DNA of 64,000 nt from Aulosira sp. ZfuVER01 (GTDB taxonomy: Bacteria; Cyanobacteriota; Cyanobacteriia; Cyanobacteriales; Nostocaceae): the NCBI GenBank assembly GCA_034530615.2, contig JAVRCV020000071.1, forward strand, positions 124,335 through 188,334, given 5' to 3'. This document shows, in pieces, positions 29,728 to 39,837 of this stretch. The position numbers were made by a program, and so were the translations under genes. Numbering within the stretch: position 1 is the first letter of the stretch; every line of letters begins with the position of its first letter. A model generated the notes under the pieces. The model made no database searches, was not told the DNA's origin, and worked only from the letters and a program-made list of their open reading frames with translations.

Positions 29728-31661
29728 TCTTTGAGTAATCGCAAACCACTCAAGGTCACAATAACTGTCGAACCTTCATGTCCTAAAACACCAAATGGTA
29801 GCGTCATATTGCCCGCGAAATTGAAAATCAACAAAATCACTACGAAACTGAGGGCAAACACAATATTTTGCTTGACAATGCCTTGAGCGCGGCGACCCAG
29901 ACGAATTGCGTGTTCTAATCGCTCCAAGCGATCAGCCATTAACACAATATCTGCGGTTTCTAGCGCCACATCGCTGCCTGCGGTTCCCATTGCAATTCCT
30001 ACTGATGCCTGAGCTAAGGCGGGTGCGTCATTGATACCATCCCCAACCATTGCTACTGTCTGGTATTGCTTCTGTAATTGTCGAATTGCATCCACTTTGT
30101 CTTCTGGTAAGAGTTCTGCGTGAACTTGGTCTACCCCAAGCTGTTGAGCAATACTATGAGCAGTGCGTGAATTATCCCCACTTAGCATGACAATTCGCTC
30201 AATTCCCAGTCGTTTTAATCGAGCGATCGCTGTCGCTGCTGTTGGTCGTATTGTATCGGCAACGGCAATGATGCCAAGGACTTTTCCTGCGTAGGCAACC
30301 CATACCACCGTTTTCCCTTCTGCTTCCCACTGCTGGCTTTGCTCAATCAGCGCTTTTGAAATATGCTCCACTTTTGCCTGGACAAAACTAGCTTTTCCCA
30401 CAACCGCTACCTGACAATTCACTTCTCCAGTAATTCCCAGTCCTGCTTGCGCCTGACCGTTGACAGCTTTTATCTGTAGGAGATTCTGTTGACGAGCAGC
30501 CTGAACAATCGCCTCCCCAATTGGGTGTTCGGACAAACTTTCTAATGCCGCCGCCACTTGCAGCAGTTGCTCGGTAGATTGCTGGGTTGCCAAGACATTA
30601 ACAACTTCAACTTTACCAGTCGTCAGCGTTCCAGTTTTATCAAAAGCGATCGCCCTGACTTGCCCAATCTGTTCTAACTGTGCTCCATTCTTGAACAAAA
30701 TTCCATGCCGCGCACCATTAGCAATTCCCGATAGCAAAGTTGGCATAATCGATGCCATTAATGCACAAGGCGATGCAACCACCAGAAAAATCAAGGCTCG
30801 ATAAATAGTGTCTTCCCAGTTCCAGCCAACCACAAACGGAGGCAAAGTGCCTAGTAAGATCCCTGCAATTACAATCACCTTGGCATAGCCGCGCTCAAAT
30901 CGTTCCATAAATTGCTGAGAGGGAGGTGCTTCGGTTTGGGCTTGTTGGATGAGACGAATGACTCGCCCAATTAAACTACTTTCTGGGGGCTGGTCAATTT
31001 TCAGCCGCAGTGCCCCATTGCCATTAATCGTCCCTGCAAAGACTTCATCACCAATTGTTTTCTCAACCGGAATCGATTCTCCATTAATCGAAGCCTGGTT
31101 CAGGGTACTAAACCCTTCGATTACCACACCATCGGTAGGCACCAATTCTCCTGGTTTGACCAACACGCGATCGCCAATTTTGAGTTCAGAAATTGGTACG
31201 GTTCGTTCTTGCCCGTTCTGTATCACTCTTGCGGTATCGGCGGTTAAACTCATCAACCCCTGAATACTCCGTTCCGTTCGCTGCATGGCATATCCTTCCA
31301 GCGCACCACTAATCGCAAAAATCAGGATTAAAACGGCACCATCCACAATCATGTAATATTCTCGTCGCCATAGTCCCAGAATTGCAGCCCCTAGAGCAGC
31401 CACAATCATCAGCAAGTCTACATCCAGTTCTTTTTCTGCAAACAGAGTTGTGAAACCTTCACGGGCGCTCTCAAACCCGCCAACTACATAAGCAGCCATG
31501 AGGATGAATAAGGCGATTCCCAGCCATCCGAGATTGAGCATTTGCCAGCCCAGGAAAACCAAAACCGCACAAGCGATCGCCGCGACTGCATCGGGGTGTT
31601 CCTTCAGGAGGTTGGGAAAGCTTTGGTGGGAAGGAGAAATAAAAACCATGTCTTCAAGCAT
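29724..31661 (-). CDS. coaT: Cobalt-type P1B-4 heavy-metal ATPase
   Basis: SPC intramembrane motif, DKTGT, GDGINDAP, HEGST; no N-terminal metal-binding domain; divergent from coaR. Confidence 0.88.
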   Translation of the reverse strand: MLEDMVFISPSHQSFPNLLKEHPDAVAAIACAVLVFLGWQMLNLGWLGIALFILMAAYVVGGFESAREGFTTLFAEKELDVDLLMIVAALGAAILGLWRREYYMIVDGAVLILIFAISGALEGYAMQRTERSIQGLMSLTADTARVIQNGQERTVPISELKIGDRVLVKPGELVPTDGVVIEGFSTLNQASINGESIPVEKTIGDEVFAGTINGNGALRLKIDQPPESSLIGRVIRLIQQAQTEAPPSQQFMERFERGYAKVIVIAGILLGTLPPFVVGWNWEDTIYRALIFLVVASPCALMASIMPTLLSGIANGARHGILFKNGAQLEQIGQVRAIAFDKTGTLTTGKVEVVNVLATQQSTEQLLQVAAALESLSEHPIGEAIVQAARQQNLLQIKAVNGQAQAGLGITGEVNCQVAVVGKASFVQAKVEHISKALIEQSQQWEAEGKTVVWVAYAGKVLGIIAVADTIRPTAATAIARLKRLGIERIVMLSGDNSRTAHSIAQQLGVDQVHAELLPEDKVDAIRQLQKQYQTVAMVGDGINDAPALAQASVGIAMGTAGSDVALETADIVLMADRLERLEHAIRLGRRAQGIVKQNIVFALSFVVILLIFNFAGNMTLPFGVLGHEGSTVIVTLSGLRLLKD

Positions 31662-31683
31662 CGAATCGATATCCTTCCAGCTT

Positions 31684-31715
31684 AAACATTGACATTAGTG
31701 TCAATGTCAATGTTT
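31684..31715. promoter_or_regulatory. CoaR operator (perfect 13-6-13 inverted repeat)
   Basis: AAACATTGACATT-AGTGTC-AATGTCAATGTTT; each arm contains TTGACA. Confidence 0.85.
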
Positions 31716-31731
31716 TGAGTAAGCTGAAGAT

Positions 31732-32850
31732 ATGAAAACTAAACACTTGACGATTAAAGAACTTACCCAAGCAGTTGGCGGCGGTGTAACCCCACGGATG
31801 GTGCGGCACTATCACACCTTGGGGTTACTACCACCTGTAAAACGCTCAGAAGGCAACTATCGCCTTTACACTCAGCAGGATGTGCAACGATTGCAGCGCT
31901 TAGTAGCCCTGAAACAACAAGGTTTTCAGTTGTCGCATATTCACCAGCTATTAGAGAGTCATTCAGAGGAAACGATTGATCCGACTCCGACATTGATGGC
32001 TCAATTGCAGCAGCAGTATCATTCCGTGATTCAACAAATTACTCGGTTGCGCCAAACTGCATCTGCATTGGAGGCATTACTAGGACGCGATCGCGATTGT
32101 CAGATTACGCAAGCCGAAGCACTGGCACAACTCAAGCAATTGGAAGTTGATGCTCAGGAGGGTTTGGGTAAGTTAGATCAACTTTGGCTGAACCTAGATG
32201 CGGAGACAACAACTCACCCCGAAGTTTTTCAGGAATCGTTACAGCGTCTACTTCCTGATTTGTCTGGTTATTCTGAAATCACAGTACATCTGTTGCATCA
32301 ACTCGTGTTGGCGTGCGGAGATGTGAGCTTAGTCAATTTTGTTCGATTGAGTCCAGATGCGATCGCTGCTGCACGGGATGCGCTCAACGTTGGGTGTTCG
32401 GTAGTAACAGATTTGACAGCCGTAGCCGCCACCCTCGATCAAACTCGGTTAGCCCATTTAGGATGCCGCATCGAAGCACTGATTGACGATCCTCACATTA
32501 CAGGCGCAAGCGAGGCAGAACAGGCCTTTTGGGATCGTGACCTTTGGCAGAAACAATTGCAACAAATTCCCCAAGGCTGTGTACTTATAATTGGATATGC
32601 CCCTTCAGTACTCCTCACTGCCTGTAAGTTGATTGAGCAACAGCAAATTCAACCCGCCCTTGTAATTGGAATGCCAATCGGATTTAGCCATGCCCCAGCA
32701 GCAAAGCGACGACTGATGGCAACACAAATTCCTTACATCACAATTCAAGGTAGTCTCGGCGGTGGGCTTCTAGCCGCGATGACGTTAAACGCACTGGTTG
32801 AAACATTTATTGAAAAGCCAGATTGTCACTGCTATCTATCTCGCCCTTAG
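31732..32850 (+). CDS. coaR: MerR-family cobalt sensor fused to a precorrin isomerase (CobH)-like domain
   Basis: MerR HTH (RMVRHYH..GLL..RSEGNYRLY), CobH-like IGYAPS/IGMPIGF, C-terminal CHC motif. Confidence 0.88.
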   Translation: MKTKHLTIKELTQAVGGGVTPRMVRHYHTLGLLPPVKRSEGNYRLYTQQDVQRLQRLVALKQQGFQLSHIHQLLESHSEETIDPTPTLMAQLQQQYHSVIQQITRLRQTASALEALLGRDRDCQITQAEALAQLKQLEVDAQEGLGKLDQLWLNLDAETTTHPEVFQESLQRLLPDLSGYSEITVHLLHQLVLACGDVSLVNFVRLSPDAIAAARDALNVGCSVVTDLTAVAATLDQTRLAHLGCRIEALIDDPHITGASEAEQAFWDRDLWQKQLQQIPQGCVLIIGYAPSVLLTACKLIEQQQIQPALVIGMPIGFSHAPAAKRRLMATQIPYITIQGSLGGGLLAAMTLNALVETFIEKPDCHCYLSRP

Positions 32851-32917
32851 CACCAAACCATCAAACTGTAAATATTTTTGTCCAACTACTTAGTGACTAA
32901 ATCTCCCAGCTTGTTCT

Positions 32918-33478
32918 TCAATTCCCCGATAAGTTACTCAATGGAGTTGCTAAACCATCAATACTCACAAGATTTTTTTGCTGTTGATATTCTCTAACTC
33001 CCTCTTCGCCTTTTTTAGTTGCCCAATTTACTAAAGTTTGACGCTGTCCTTGATATTCATAGAGTGGTACACCAAAGCCACAAGAAGTTTGTACCCGCTC
33101 AATATCAGCTATGATAATTTGACGAGATCCAGGCAGGGAAGGAAACAGAGACTCAACAGAGTGCCAATCTGGAGTACCTGGTAAAATGGTGTATCCTCTA
33201 CCATAAAGGCGCAAAATCCGTGCAGGTTCTTGAAAAGCACAAAACAGAAAGGTAATGCGTCCATTTTCTTGCAGATGGGCTGAGGTTTCGTTACCACTAC
33301 CTGTTAAATCTAAGTAACCTACTCGGTTGGGAGAAAGAATGCGAAAAGTTCCCATTCCTTTAGGAGACAGATTAACGTGACCTGTAGGACTTAAAGGCGC
33401 ACTACCTACAAAAAAAAGGTGTTGAGCAGCAATAAATTCTTGTAGTTCTTCTGTGATACAGTCAAAAAGTTTAGCCAT
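32918..33478 (-). CDS. Pyridoxamine 5'-phosphate oxidase-like FMN-binding protein
   Basis: NLSPKG, DLTGSGNET, QTSCGFGVP. Confidence 0.85.
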   Translation of the reverse strand: MAKLFDCITEELQEFIAAQHLFFVGSAPLSPTGHVNLSPKGMGTFRILSPNRVGYLDLTGSGNETSAHLQENGRITFLFCAFQEPARILRLYGRGYTILPGTPDWHSVESLFPSLPGSRQIIIADIERVQTSCGFGVPLYEYQGQRQTLVNWATKKGEEGVREYQQQKNLVSIDGLATPLSNLSGN

Positions 33479-33596
33479 AAACTGTTTGATATCAAGTAAG
33501 TTTATAAATTTTCTATGTCCTTAGCCTATTTCTTAGCTAGAGATTAAGCAAGGGTTAACTATCAAATTCATCCCGATCGGTTCGTAGTGAGTTACG

Positions 33597-34550
33597 ATGC
33601 CATTAACCTTTCAGCCTCCCACCATACAACCTATCCATAGCGCTATTGCCCAACAGGCTGGAGTTGAATTATCTGTCCTCCGCCTCGATTGTATGCACCC
33701 GTGGGTTAATGGCAATAAGTGGTTCAAGCTGAAGTACAACATCTTGGAGGCTAAACAGAGAAATTTCACGACGCTGCTGACATTTGGTGGTGCTTATTCT
33801 AACCATATCTTTGCCACCGCCGCCGCCGGAAATCTTTTCGGCTTCCGCACTATTGGGATGATTCGGGGAGAGGAGAGATTGCCTCTTAACCCAACACTGA
33901 GTTTTGCCGTGCAACAAGGGATGCAGCTTTTCTACCTCGACCGCGAGAAATACCGACAGCGACACACTACAGCATTACAAGCGGAATTACAGCAACGCTT
34001 CGGTGAGGTATTTATCATTCCCGAAGGTGGCAGCAATCTCAACGGTGTACGCGGTTGCATGGAAATATTGAACACAGCAGCATTTGATATCGTATGTGTG
34101 GCTTGTGGTACAGGTACTACCTTAGCCGGAATTATCCTTTCGTTACACAAAAACCAGCGCGCTATCGGCTTTCCGGTTCTCAAAGACAGGGCATTTCTCG
34201 CGTCGGAAATAGATAGTTGGTTGAAGGATTACCTCGCTTCTGGTTTACCAATTGTTGATGAAGCGATCGCATCTTGGCAACTAATTTGTGATTACCACAT
34301 GGGTGGCTATGCCAAAGTCAACGAAGAACTATTACTATTTAGCCAGCAGTTTACCCAAGAACACGGCATACCTTTAGATTATGTATACACTGCCAAAATG
34401 TTTTATGGAGTGATGGATTTGCTCAAGCAGGGATTTTCTCCTCCAGGTCGGCTACTGTTGATCCATACTGGCGGCTTGCAGGGTAATCTCGGCATAGAGA
34501 AGCGGTTACTTCAATTGGGAAGTATGGATACTTCCCCAAGAAATCATTGA
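33597..34550 (+). CDS. ACC deaminase / D-cysteine desulfhydrase family PLP enzyme
   Basis: GNKWFKL, GGAYSNH, CGTGTT, LDYVYTAK, HTGG. Confidence 0.88.
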   Translation: MPLTFQPPTIQPIHSAIAQQAGVELSVLRLDCMHPWVNGNKWFKLKYNILEAKQRNFTTLLTFGGAYSNHIFATAAAGNLFGFRTIGMIRGEERLPLNPTLSFAVQQGMQLFYLDREKYRQRHTTALQAELQQRFGEVFIIPEGGSNLNGVRGCMEILNTAAFDIVCVACGTGTTLAGIILSLHKNQRAIGFPVLKDRAFLASEIDSWLKDYLASGLPIVDEAIASWQLICDYHMGGYAKVNEELLLFSQQFTQEHGIPLDYVYTAKMFYGVMDLLKQGFSPPGRLLLIHTGGLQGNLGIEKRLLQLGSMDTSPRNH

Positions 34551-35350
34551 AGTTTCAAAAACTTATCCAAGGCTGCTACCATGCTAGGCGGCCAGCGGCG
34601 AGTATTTGTCACCCAATTGATATCTTTGTAGCGGTTATCCAGTCCAACGGCTGCTACCCAGTTACTCTCGGCTTCGCCTTTTTGTCCAGTCACCCAATAA
34701 GCAGCTGTGAGTGCAGCACGCATATCGGCAAACTTAGGATATTTACGGACAATATTTCGCATTTCCCGAATAGCTGGCTCGATTTGTCCGGTTTCATAAA
34801 GCGCTAGGGCATAGTTAGCGCGAGCAAAAGCAAAGTTAGGGGCGATTTCGACTGATTTTTTATAATCTGCGATCGCATCTTCCCATTCTCCCAGACCTGC
34901 TTTGGCATTGCCGCGATTGTTATAAGCCATTGCATCCTTGGGATCGAGTTCTAGGACATGATTATAATCTGCGATCGCATCTTCCCATTTGCCCAAACCT
35001 TCCAACGCTGTGCCGCGATTCAAATAAGGATCGGTGACATTTGGGGCTAGTTCTATAGCTTTGTTGTAATCTGTCAGTGCTGCTTCTAATTTGTTCTGAC
35101 TTACCCTAGAGTTACCACGATTACTCCAAGCACCTGCATTGGTGGGAAATTGCTCAATTATCTGCGTCCAGTAAATTTCAGCCGTGACAAAATCACCCTG
35201 ATTGGTAGCCGCAAAAGCTTTATTCGCCAACTCATCCCCTTGTTGTAACTGCTCTTGAGTCACACTAGGAGGTTGGGATACTGCCATGACTGGTGTACCC
35301 CAGCCAAACACAAGCAACAGACTGAGAAAAATACTAATTAACTGAATCAT
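34544..35350 (-). CDS. Exported TPR-repeat protein
   Basis: Signal peptide; repeated NRG...AIADY TPR units. Confidence 0.88.
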   Translation of the reverse strand: MIQLISIFLSLLLVFGWGTPVMAVSQPPSVTQEQLQQGDELANKAFAATNQGDFVTAEIYWTQIIEQFPTNAGAWSNRGNSRVSQNKLEAALTDYNKAIELAPNVTDPYLNRGTALEGLGKWEDAIADYNHVLELDPKDAMAYNNRGNAKAGLGEWEDAIADYKKSVEIAPNFAFARANYALALYETGQIEPAIREMRNIVRKYPKFADMRAALTAAYWVTGQKGEAESNWVAAVGLDNRYKDINWVTNTRRWPPSMVAALDKFLKLQ

Positions 35351-35364
35351 AATTTAATGCGAAT

Positions 35365-35592
35365 GGGGCATGGGGCATAGGGCATGGGGCATAGGGGTGG
35401 GACAAGGAAGATGTAGACGCGATAGCGGCTACTCTGCGAGAACGCTTACAGCGTTAGCGACGTACTTCTACGGAGAAGCAAGCTACACGAAACGTCTTTC
35501 CTTGGGAGAAGGAGCATCACCCACAGGGTGGGAGAAATGACAAATCACTCTTCCCTATTGCCTTTTGAGCAATGCCCAATGCCCAATGCCCT
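35365..35592. repeat. Heptamer tandem repeats (GGGGCAT-like, then AATGCCC) flanking a nested short dispersed repeat cluster
   Basis: tggggcatggggcatagggcatggggcat ... aatgcccaatgcccaatgccc. Confidence 0.65.
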
Positions 35593-35611
35593 TGACTTCT
35601 ATCTAAAATCA

Positions 35612-36712
35612 TTACAGCAAAGACATCTGTTCATTAGGTGGCTTGAAACCTAAATGCTTATATGCTGCGGTTGTCGCCACCCTACCACGGGGAGTCCGGC
35701 TGAGATAGCCAATTTGCATTAGATAAGGTTCATACACTTCTTCAATGGTTTGGGTATCTTCGCCTGTGGCGGCGGCAATTGTTTCTAATCCCACAGGCCC
35801 GCCATTAAATTGTTCAATTATTACACTCAACATTTTGCGGTCTGTCCAATCTAAACCACATGGGTCTACTTGGAATAGTTGCAATGCTTCCCCTGCAATA
35901 CTTTCATTAATTTCCCCTGATATTTTTACTTCCGCATAATCACGTACTCGTTTAAGTAATCTATTTGCTATGCGTGGTGTTCCCCGCGATCGCCGGGCAA
36001 TTTCTGTGGCACCATCTTCTGTAATCGGGGTTTGAAGTAGTTGGGCAGTACGCAGTACAATTTGGCTAAGTTCCGGGACTTCGTAAAATCGCAGTTTTTG
36101 GACTAAGCCAAAGCGATCGCGTAGTGGTGAAGTTAAAGCACCTACACGAGTTGTAGCTCCCACTAGGGTAAATTTTGCCAGAGGTAAACTGCGGATGCGA
36201 GCGCTGGAACCTTTGCCAATGGTAATATCTAGGCGATAATCTTCCATTGCGGGATAGAGAATTTCTTCAGTCATCCGCGATAGGCGATGAATTTCATCCA
36301 CAAATAGAATATCCCCTGGCTTTAAGTTCACCAGTAGCCCTACAATATCCCGTGGACGTTCTAGTGCTGGCGCACTTGTAATTTTGTAGTTTACCCCCAT
36401 CTCCGATGCTAAAATCATTGCCATTGTGGTTTTACCCAATCCCGGCGGCCCGTATAGTAGCAAATGATCCAGCACTTCACCTCTTGACTTGGCAGCTTTG
36501 ATGGCAATATCTAGCACATCTTTTAAGTCTTTCTGCCCAATGTAATCGGCAAAGCGCTGCGGCCGAATACTTTCTTCTTGCTTACCTTGTTCATCAATCG
36601 CAGCTTCGGCTTGCAGAAGTTCTTCGCTTACAGAAGCTTTCGCTGGCTCCTGCTGCTTTTTTGGTTGTCCATTAGGTTCTTGGGGCTGTTTTTTCGAGGA
36701 GATAATCGCCAT
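35612..36712 (-). CDS. ruvB: Holliday junction branch migration helicase RuvB
   Basis: [33 protein letters not shown]. Confidence 0.97.
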   Translation of the reverse strand: MAIISSKKQPQEPNGQPKKQQEPAKASVSEELLQAEAAIDEQGKQEESIRPQRFADYIGQKDLKDVLDIAIKAAKSRGEVLDHLLLYGPPGLGKTTMAMILASEMGVNYKITSAPALERPRDIVGLLVNLKPGDILFVDEIHRLSRMTEEILYPAMEDYRLDITIGKGSSARIRSLPLAKFTLVGATTRVGALTSPLRDRFGLVQKLRFYEVPELSQIVLRTAQLLQTPITEDGATEIARRSRGTPRIANRLLKRVRDYAEVKISGEINESIAGEALQLFQVDPCGLDWTDRKMLSVIIEQFNGGPVGLETIAAATGEDTQTIEEVYEPYLMQIGYLSRTPRGRVATTAAYKHLGFKPPNEQMSLL

Positions 36713-36754
36713 AATTCAGCTATCAACTTTAACTTGGGGACTGTGTAAGCGCCA

Positions 36755-36870
36755 TTTTGGTGAGTCCAGTCGGCGGTGTCGGTTTCCATCCCGTCGAACT
36801 GGCGTTCTCCGAAGGAGTTCTCAAAGAGTACCCGTAGGGTAGCAACATAGGAGCGTCACCCGAAGGGCTA
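36755..36870. repeat. Short dispersed GC-rich repeat cluster
   Basis: ggtgagtccag...ctccgaaggag...acccgtagggt...cccgaaggg mini-hairpins. Confidence 0.55.
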
Positions 36871-36973
36871 CAAAACTAGACATAAACAAGGCATACAAAG
36901 ATTTTCGCAAGAGAACACGCACGCCCATTTAAAATTTAAATTCCGGACAATTACCAGGAGTTAAAAAAATATT

Positions 36974-37747
36974 ATGTTATCTAAAAGAATCTTACCGTGC
37001 TTAGATGTGAAGGCGGGACGGGTTGTAAAAGGAGTTAACTTTGTTAACCTGCAAGATGCAGGCGATCCGGTAGAACTGGCAAAGGTTTACAATGATGCCG
37101 GTGCTGATGAGTTAGTGTTTCTGGATATTACCGCGACTCATGAAGACCGAGACACGATTATTGATGTGGTTTACCGAACTGCTGAACAGGTCTTCATTCC
37201 GTTGACTGTGGGTGGTGGTATTCAATCCTTAGAAAATGTTAAAGGTTTGTTACGAGCTGGAGCAGACAAGGTTAGTATTAATTCTGCGGCAGTACGCGAA
37301 CCAGACTTGATTAATCGGGCAAGCGATCGCTTTGGTAATCAGTGCATAGTTGTTGCTATTGATGCCAGACGCAGATTAGACCCCGAAAACCCAGGTTGGG
37401 ATGTGTATGTGCGAGGTGGTAGGGAAAATACAGGTAAAGATGCCTTACTTTGGGCACAAGAAGTCGAAAAGCGTGGAGCTGGAGAACTACTGGTGACAAG
37501 TATGGATGCTGATGGTACTCAAGCTGGTTACGACTTGGAATTGACAAAATCTATCGCTAATGCAGTACAAATTCCCGTGATTGCTTCTGGTGGTGCTGGC
37601 AATTGCGAACATATCCATGCTGCACTGACTCAAGGAAAAGCAGAAGCAGCATTGCTCGCATCTCTTTTACATTATGGGCAATTGAGCGTAGAACAAATCA
37701 AAAATTATTTGCGCGATCGCTCTGTTCCAGTAAGAATGCTTACCTAA
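36974..37747 (+). CDS. hisF: Imidazole glycerol phosphate synthase cyclase subunit
   Basis: [34 protein letters not shown]. Confidence 0.97.
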   Translation: MLSKRILPCLDVKAGRVVKGVNFVNLQDAGDPVELAKVYNDAGADELVFLDITATHEDRDTIIDVVYRTAEQVFIPLTVGGGIQSLENVKGLLRAGADKVSINSAAVREPDLINRASDRFGNQCIVVAIDARRRLDPENPGWDVYVRGGRENTGKDALLWAQEVEKRGAGELLVTSMDADGTQAGYDLELTKSIANAVQIPVIASGGAGNCEHIHAALTQGKAEAALLASLLHYGQLSVEQIKNYLRDRSVPVRMLT

Positions 37748-37847
37748 ACTATGATTTATCCTTATATGCACATCTATCCTAGGTCAGAGACGCTTCCCCA
37801 AAACAGTGTTAATATAAATTAACTAGTATGAATAAATATTAATAAAT

Positions 37848-38039
37848 ATGTTGATTCCTATTTTGCTATTTGACGTGGCGCTAGTGGCTTGGTCACTGCA
37901 CCTAATGGAGAGAGCCTTTGAGAGTAAAGAATTCTCTTTGATGTTGGCTGGTACCTTAGTTGCCCTGGCGGCTGCGGCTATGTTAGTAGTCTACTTCTTA
38001 ATGGGGCACTGTATGAGCTACTTGCTGCAAGTATCTTAG
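37848..38039 (+). CDS. Small two-TM membrane protein
   Basis: Two hydrophobic segments; ATG start. Confidence 0.6.
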   Translation: MLIPILLFDVALVAWSLHLMERAFESKEFSLMLAGTLVALAAAAMLVVYFLMGHCMSYLLQVS

Positions 38040-38104
38040 TAAACTGCTGAGTGTTGATTTCTGTAATCCAGCAATCATGCTTTACATTAATCATATTTTT
38101 CTAA

Positions 38105-38133
38105 TTGACAAACGTCATCTAGTTAGGCATAAT
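38105..38133 (+). promoter_or_regulatory. Sigma70-type promoter of the tRNA
   Basis: TTGACA-N17-CATAAT ending 16 bp before the tRNA. Confidence 0.75.
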
Positions 38134-38149
38134 AGATAACGCATCTCAA

Positions 38150-38222
38150 GGGGTTATAGCTCAGTTGGTAGAGCACTTCAATGGCATTGAAGGGGTCAGC
38201 GGTTCGAATCCGCTTAGCTCCA
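38150..38222 (+). tRNA. tRNA-Ala(GGC), CCA not encoded
   Basis: GGGGTTA/TAGCTCC-A acceptor stem, D-arm AGCTCAGTTGGTAGAGC, anticodon arm CTTCA-ATGGCAT-TGAAG, T-loop GGTTCGAATCC. Confidence 0.97.
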
Positions 38223-38254
38223 TTTGTACATTAAATTATTATTTTAGTGTCTTT

Positions 38255-38328
38255 TGTGACTTGAAGAAGAAATTGGACAAGTTGTCCAACTTTACCTTCC
38301 ACATAAAGTTGTCCAACTTTACCTTCCA
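38255..38328. repeat. tRNA-proximal transposon end with putative TnsB sites
   Basis: Terminal site 38261-38280 plus two identical TTGTCCAACTTTACCTTCCA at 38282 and 38309. Confidence 0.88.
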
Positions 38329-38362
38329 AAGCTCTGGAAAATGTCTAAAAGCTGAAAGTTCA

Positions 38363-39721
38363 TCACAGGCTAATATTACGCTGAACTTCCATTAAGGTTT
38401 CTCGAACTCTTTTATATCTTAAATAACCAGGATGATCCAGCTGCTGAGCAACCCGAACCTCAGAAGGATAATATCCTTCCTCACATAGTCTCTGAGCAAC
38501 ACACCGTACTTGCTGACAGGACTTCTCTACTTCATTTTCAAAAGCTGCTTTGCGGTAACAAATATATCTAGCAGATATCTGATTACTTAGTTCCTTAAAA
38601 TTTTTGTATATAGTTCTTCTTTGACATCCTAAACGTCTAGCAACCTCTTCCATTGAAGGCGGAGGAAACTCATCATTAGCCAGTATGGCTTCTAAATCTT
38701 GCTTAACCTTATCAAAATTAAAAGACTGAGTTCTAGCAGTTGTTTGAGACTGAACTGGGGGAAGATTAAATGCTGTGTTGTTAGGTTGCTCATGCTCAAA
38801 ACACAATTCATTCGTCAAAAATTGAATTAATGAAACTTTAACAAAGTAACAAATCTTAAGTAGAGCATGAATAGATGGTAGATTTTGACCTTGGCACCAT
38901 AACCATAGACTATTTTTTGGAACTTGTATTTGACGAGCAAATTGAGCAATATTTCCTTGCGTAAATTGCTCAACACAAGTTTTTAATGATTGTCTAATTC
39001 GCTGTGGTGATAAAGATAGTTCTATTAAAGGGAGACAAGCTATTAAATCTTCCAGAGAATTATTAATCCATACATACCATTCTTGAGCCTGTAATGATAT
39101 AAATTCATCTTTTTGAATTTTCATCTCAATAGAACTACCAAGCCATTTATCACAAATTGAACAATACCCTGGACGTGACCGCCAAGCTAGAGGATAATTT
39201 GCTTTATGACAATGAGGACATTGTTGGTGTAAAGGAAACGAATGCACAGAACATAACTTAACTTCGTTGAGTGACCAAAGTAAAGGTTCATATATAATTG
39301 TCCCAGATTGCAACCAATCATGATAACAATGAGGACACCATGCTCGACTACGACGTAGTAAATTTATAGAAGGTACTAAATTTGATAGTCCTAGCAAAGT
39401 CAAAAAACGCAGATTAGATTGTAAAGTTAATTGTTCAAAAACATTGACTAAATCTTCAGCCATAACTCCTGTACCATTCAGCGCAGCAGTATGACTATAT
39501 ATCTTGTGTAGGTTAGCGCTGCTATATTTCTTATGAGTAAGCGGAGCAATAATATCTTCCATCAAAACACCTGGAAAAAGATGATGGGCAGCAGCAATTC
39601 TAGCTATGTAACTAGTTAAACTTTCAACCCATTGCGTTTTCATACCAACAGGTTTTAAATGATATAAATAACTAGAAGGCAAGGTGTTTAATGAATTCAG
39701 TATCCATGAACCGTAAAGCAT
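38363..39721 (-). CDS. tnsD: TnsD-like target selector (TniQ domain plus C-terminal HTH repeats)
   Basis: ESLTSYIARIA; WCPHC/CSVH/CPHC/CSIC zinc ligands; HTH-like GNIAQFARQIQVPK and PSMEEVARRLGCQRRTIY. Confidence 0.8.
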   Translation of the reverse strand: MLYGSWILNSLNTLPSSYLYHLKPVGMKTQWVESLTSYIARIAAAHHLFPGVLMEDIIAPLTHKKYSSANLHKIYSHTAALNGTGVMAEDLVNVFEQLTLQSNLRFLTLLGLSNLVPSINLLRRSRAWCPHCYHDWLQSGTIIYEPLLWSLNEVKLCSVHSFPLHQQCPHCHKANYPLAWRSRPGYCSICDKWLGSSIEMKIQKDEFISLQAQEWYVWINNSLEDLIACLPLIELSLSPQRIRQSLKTCVEQFTQGNIAQFARQIQVPKNSLWLWCQGQNLPSIHALLKICYFVKVSLIQFLTNELCFEHEQPNNTAFNLPPVQSQTTARTQSFNFDKVKQDLEAILANDEFPPPSMEEVARRLGCQRRTIYKNFKELSNQISARYICYRKAAFENEVEKSCQQVRCVAQRLCEEGYYPSEVRVAQQLDHPGYLRYKRVRETLMEVQRNISL

Positions 39722-39837
39722 ATATATTTTTGTTTCAATTTTGCAAAAAATATATTAATTTTTTCTTTTAAAATAAGACTATTATAATTTTAATTTAAAA
39801 ATATCAATAATATTTAAGAGTCGCTTTTTTTGCTAAT

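Noticed and set aside
38279..38328. 23-bp direct repeats as a mini-CRISPR or homing array
   Set aside because: Only 4 bp separate the copies, and they match the transposon-end motif seen at 60705-60856.
38165..38395. 76-aa ORF
   Set aside because: It overlaps the tRNA and the transposon end, so it is spurious.
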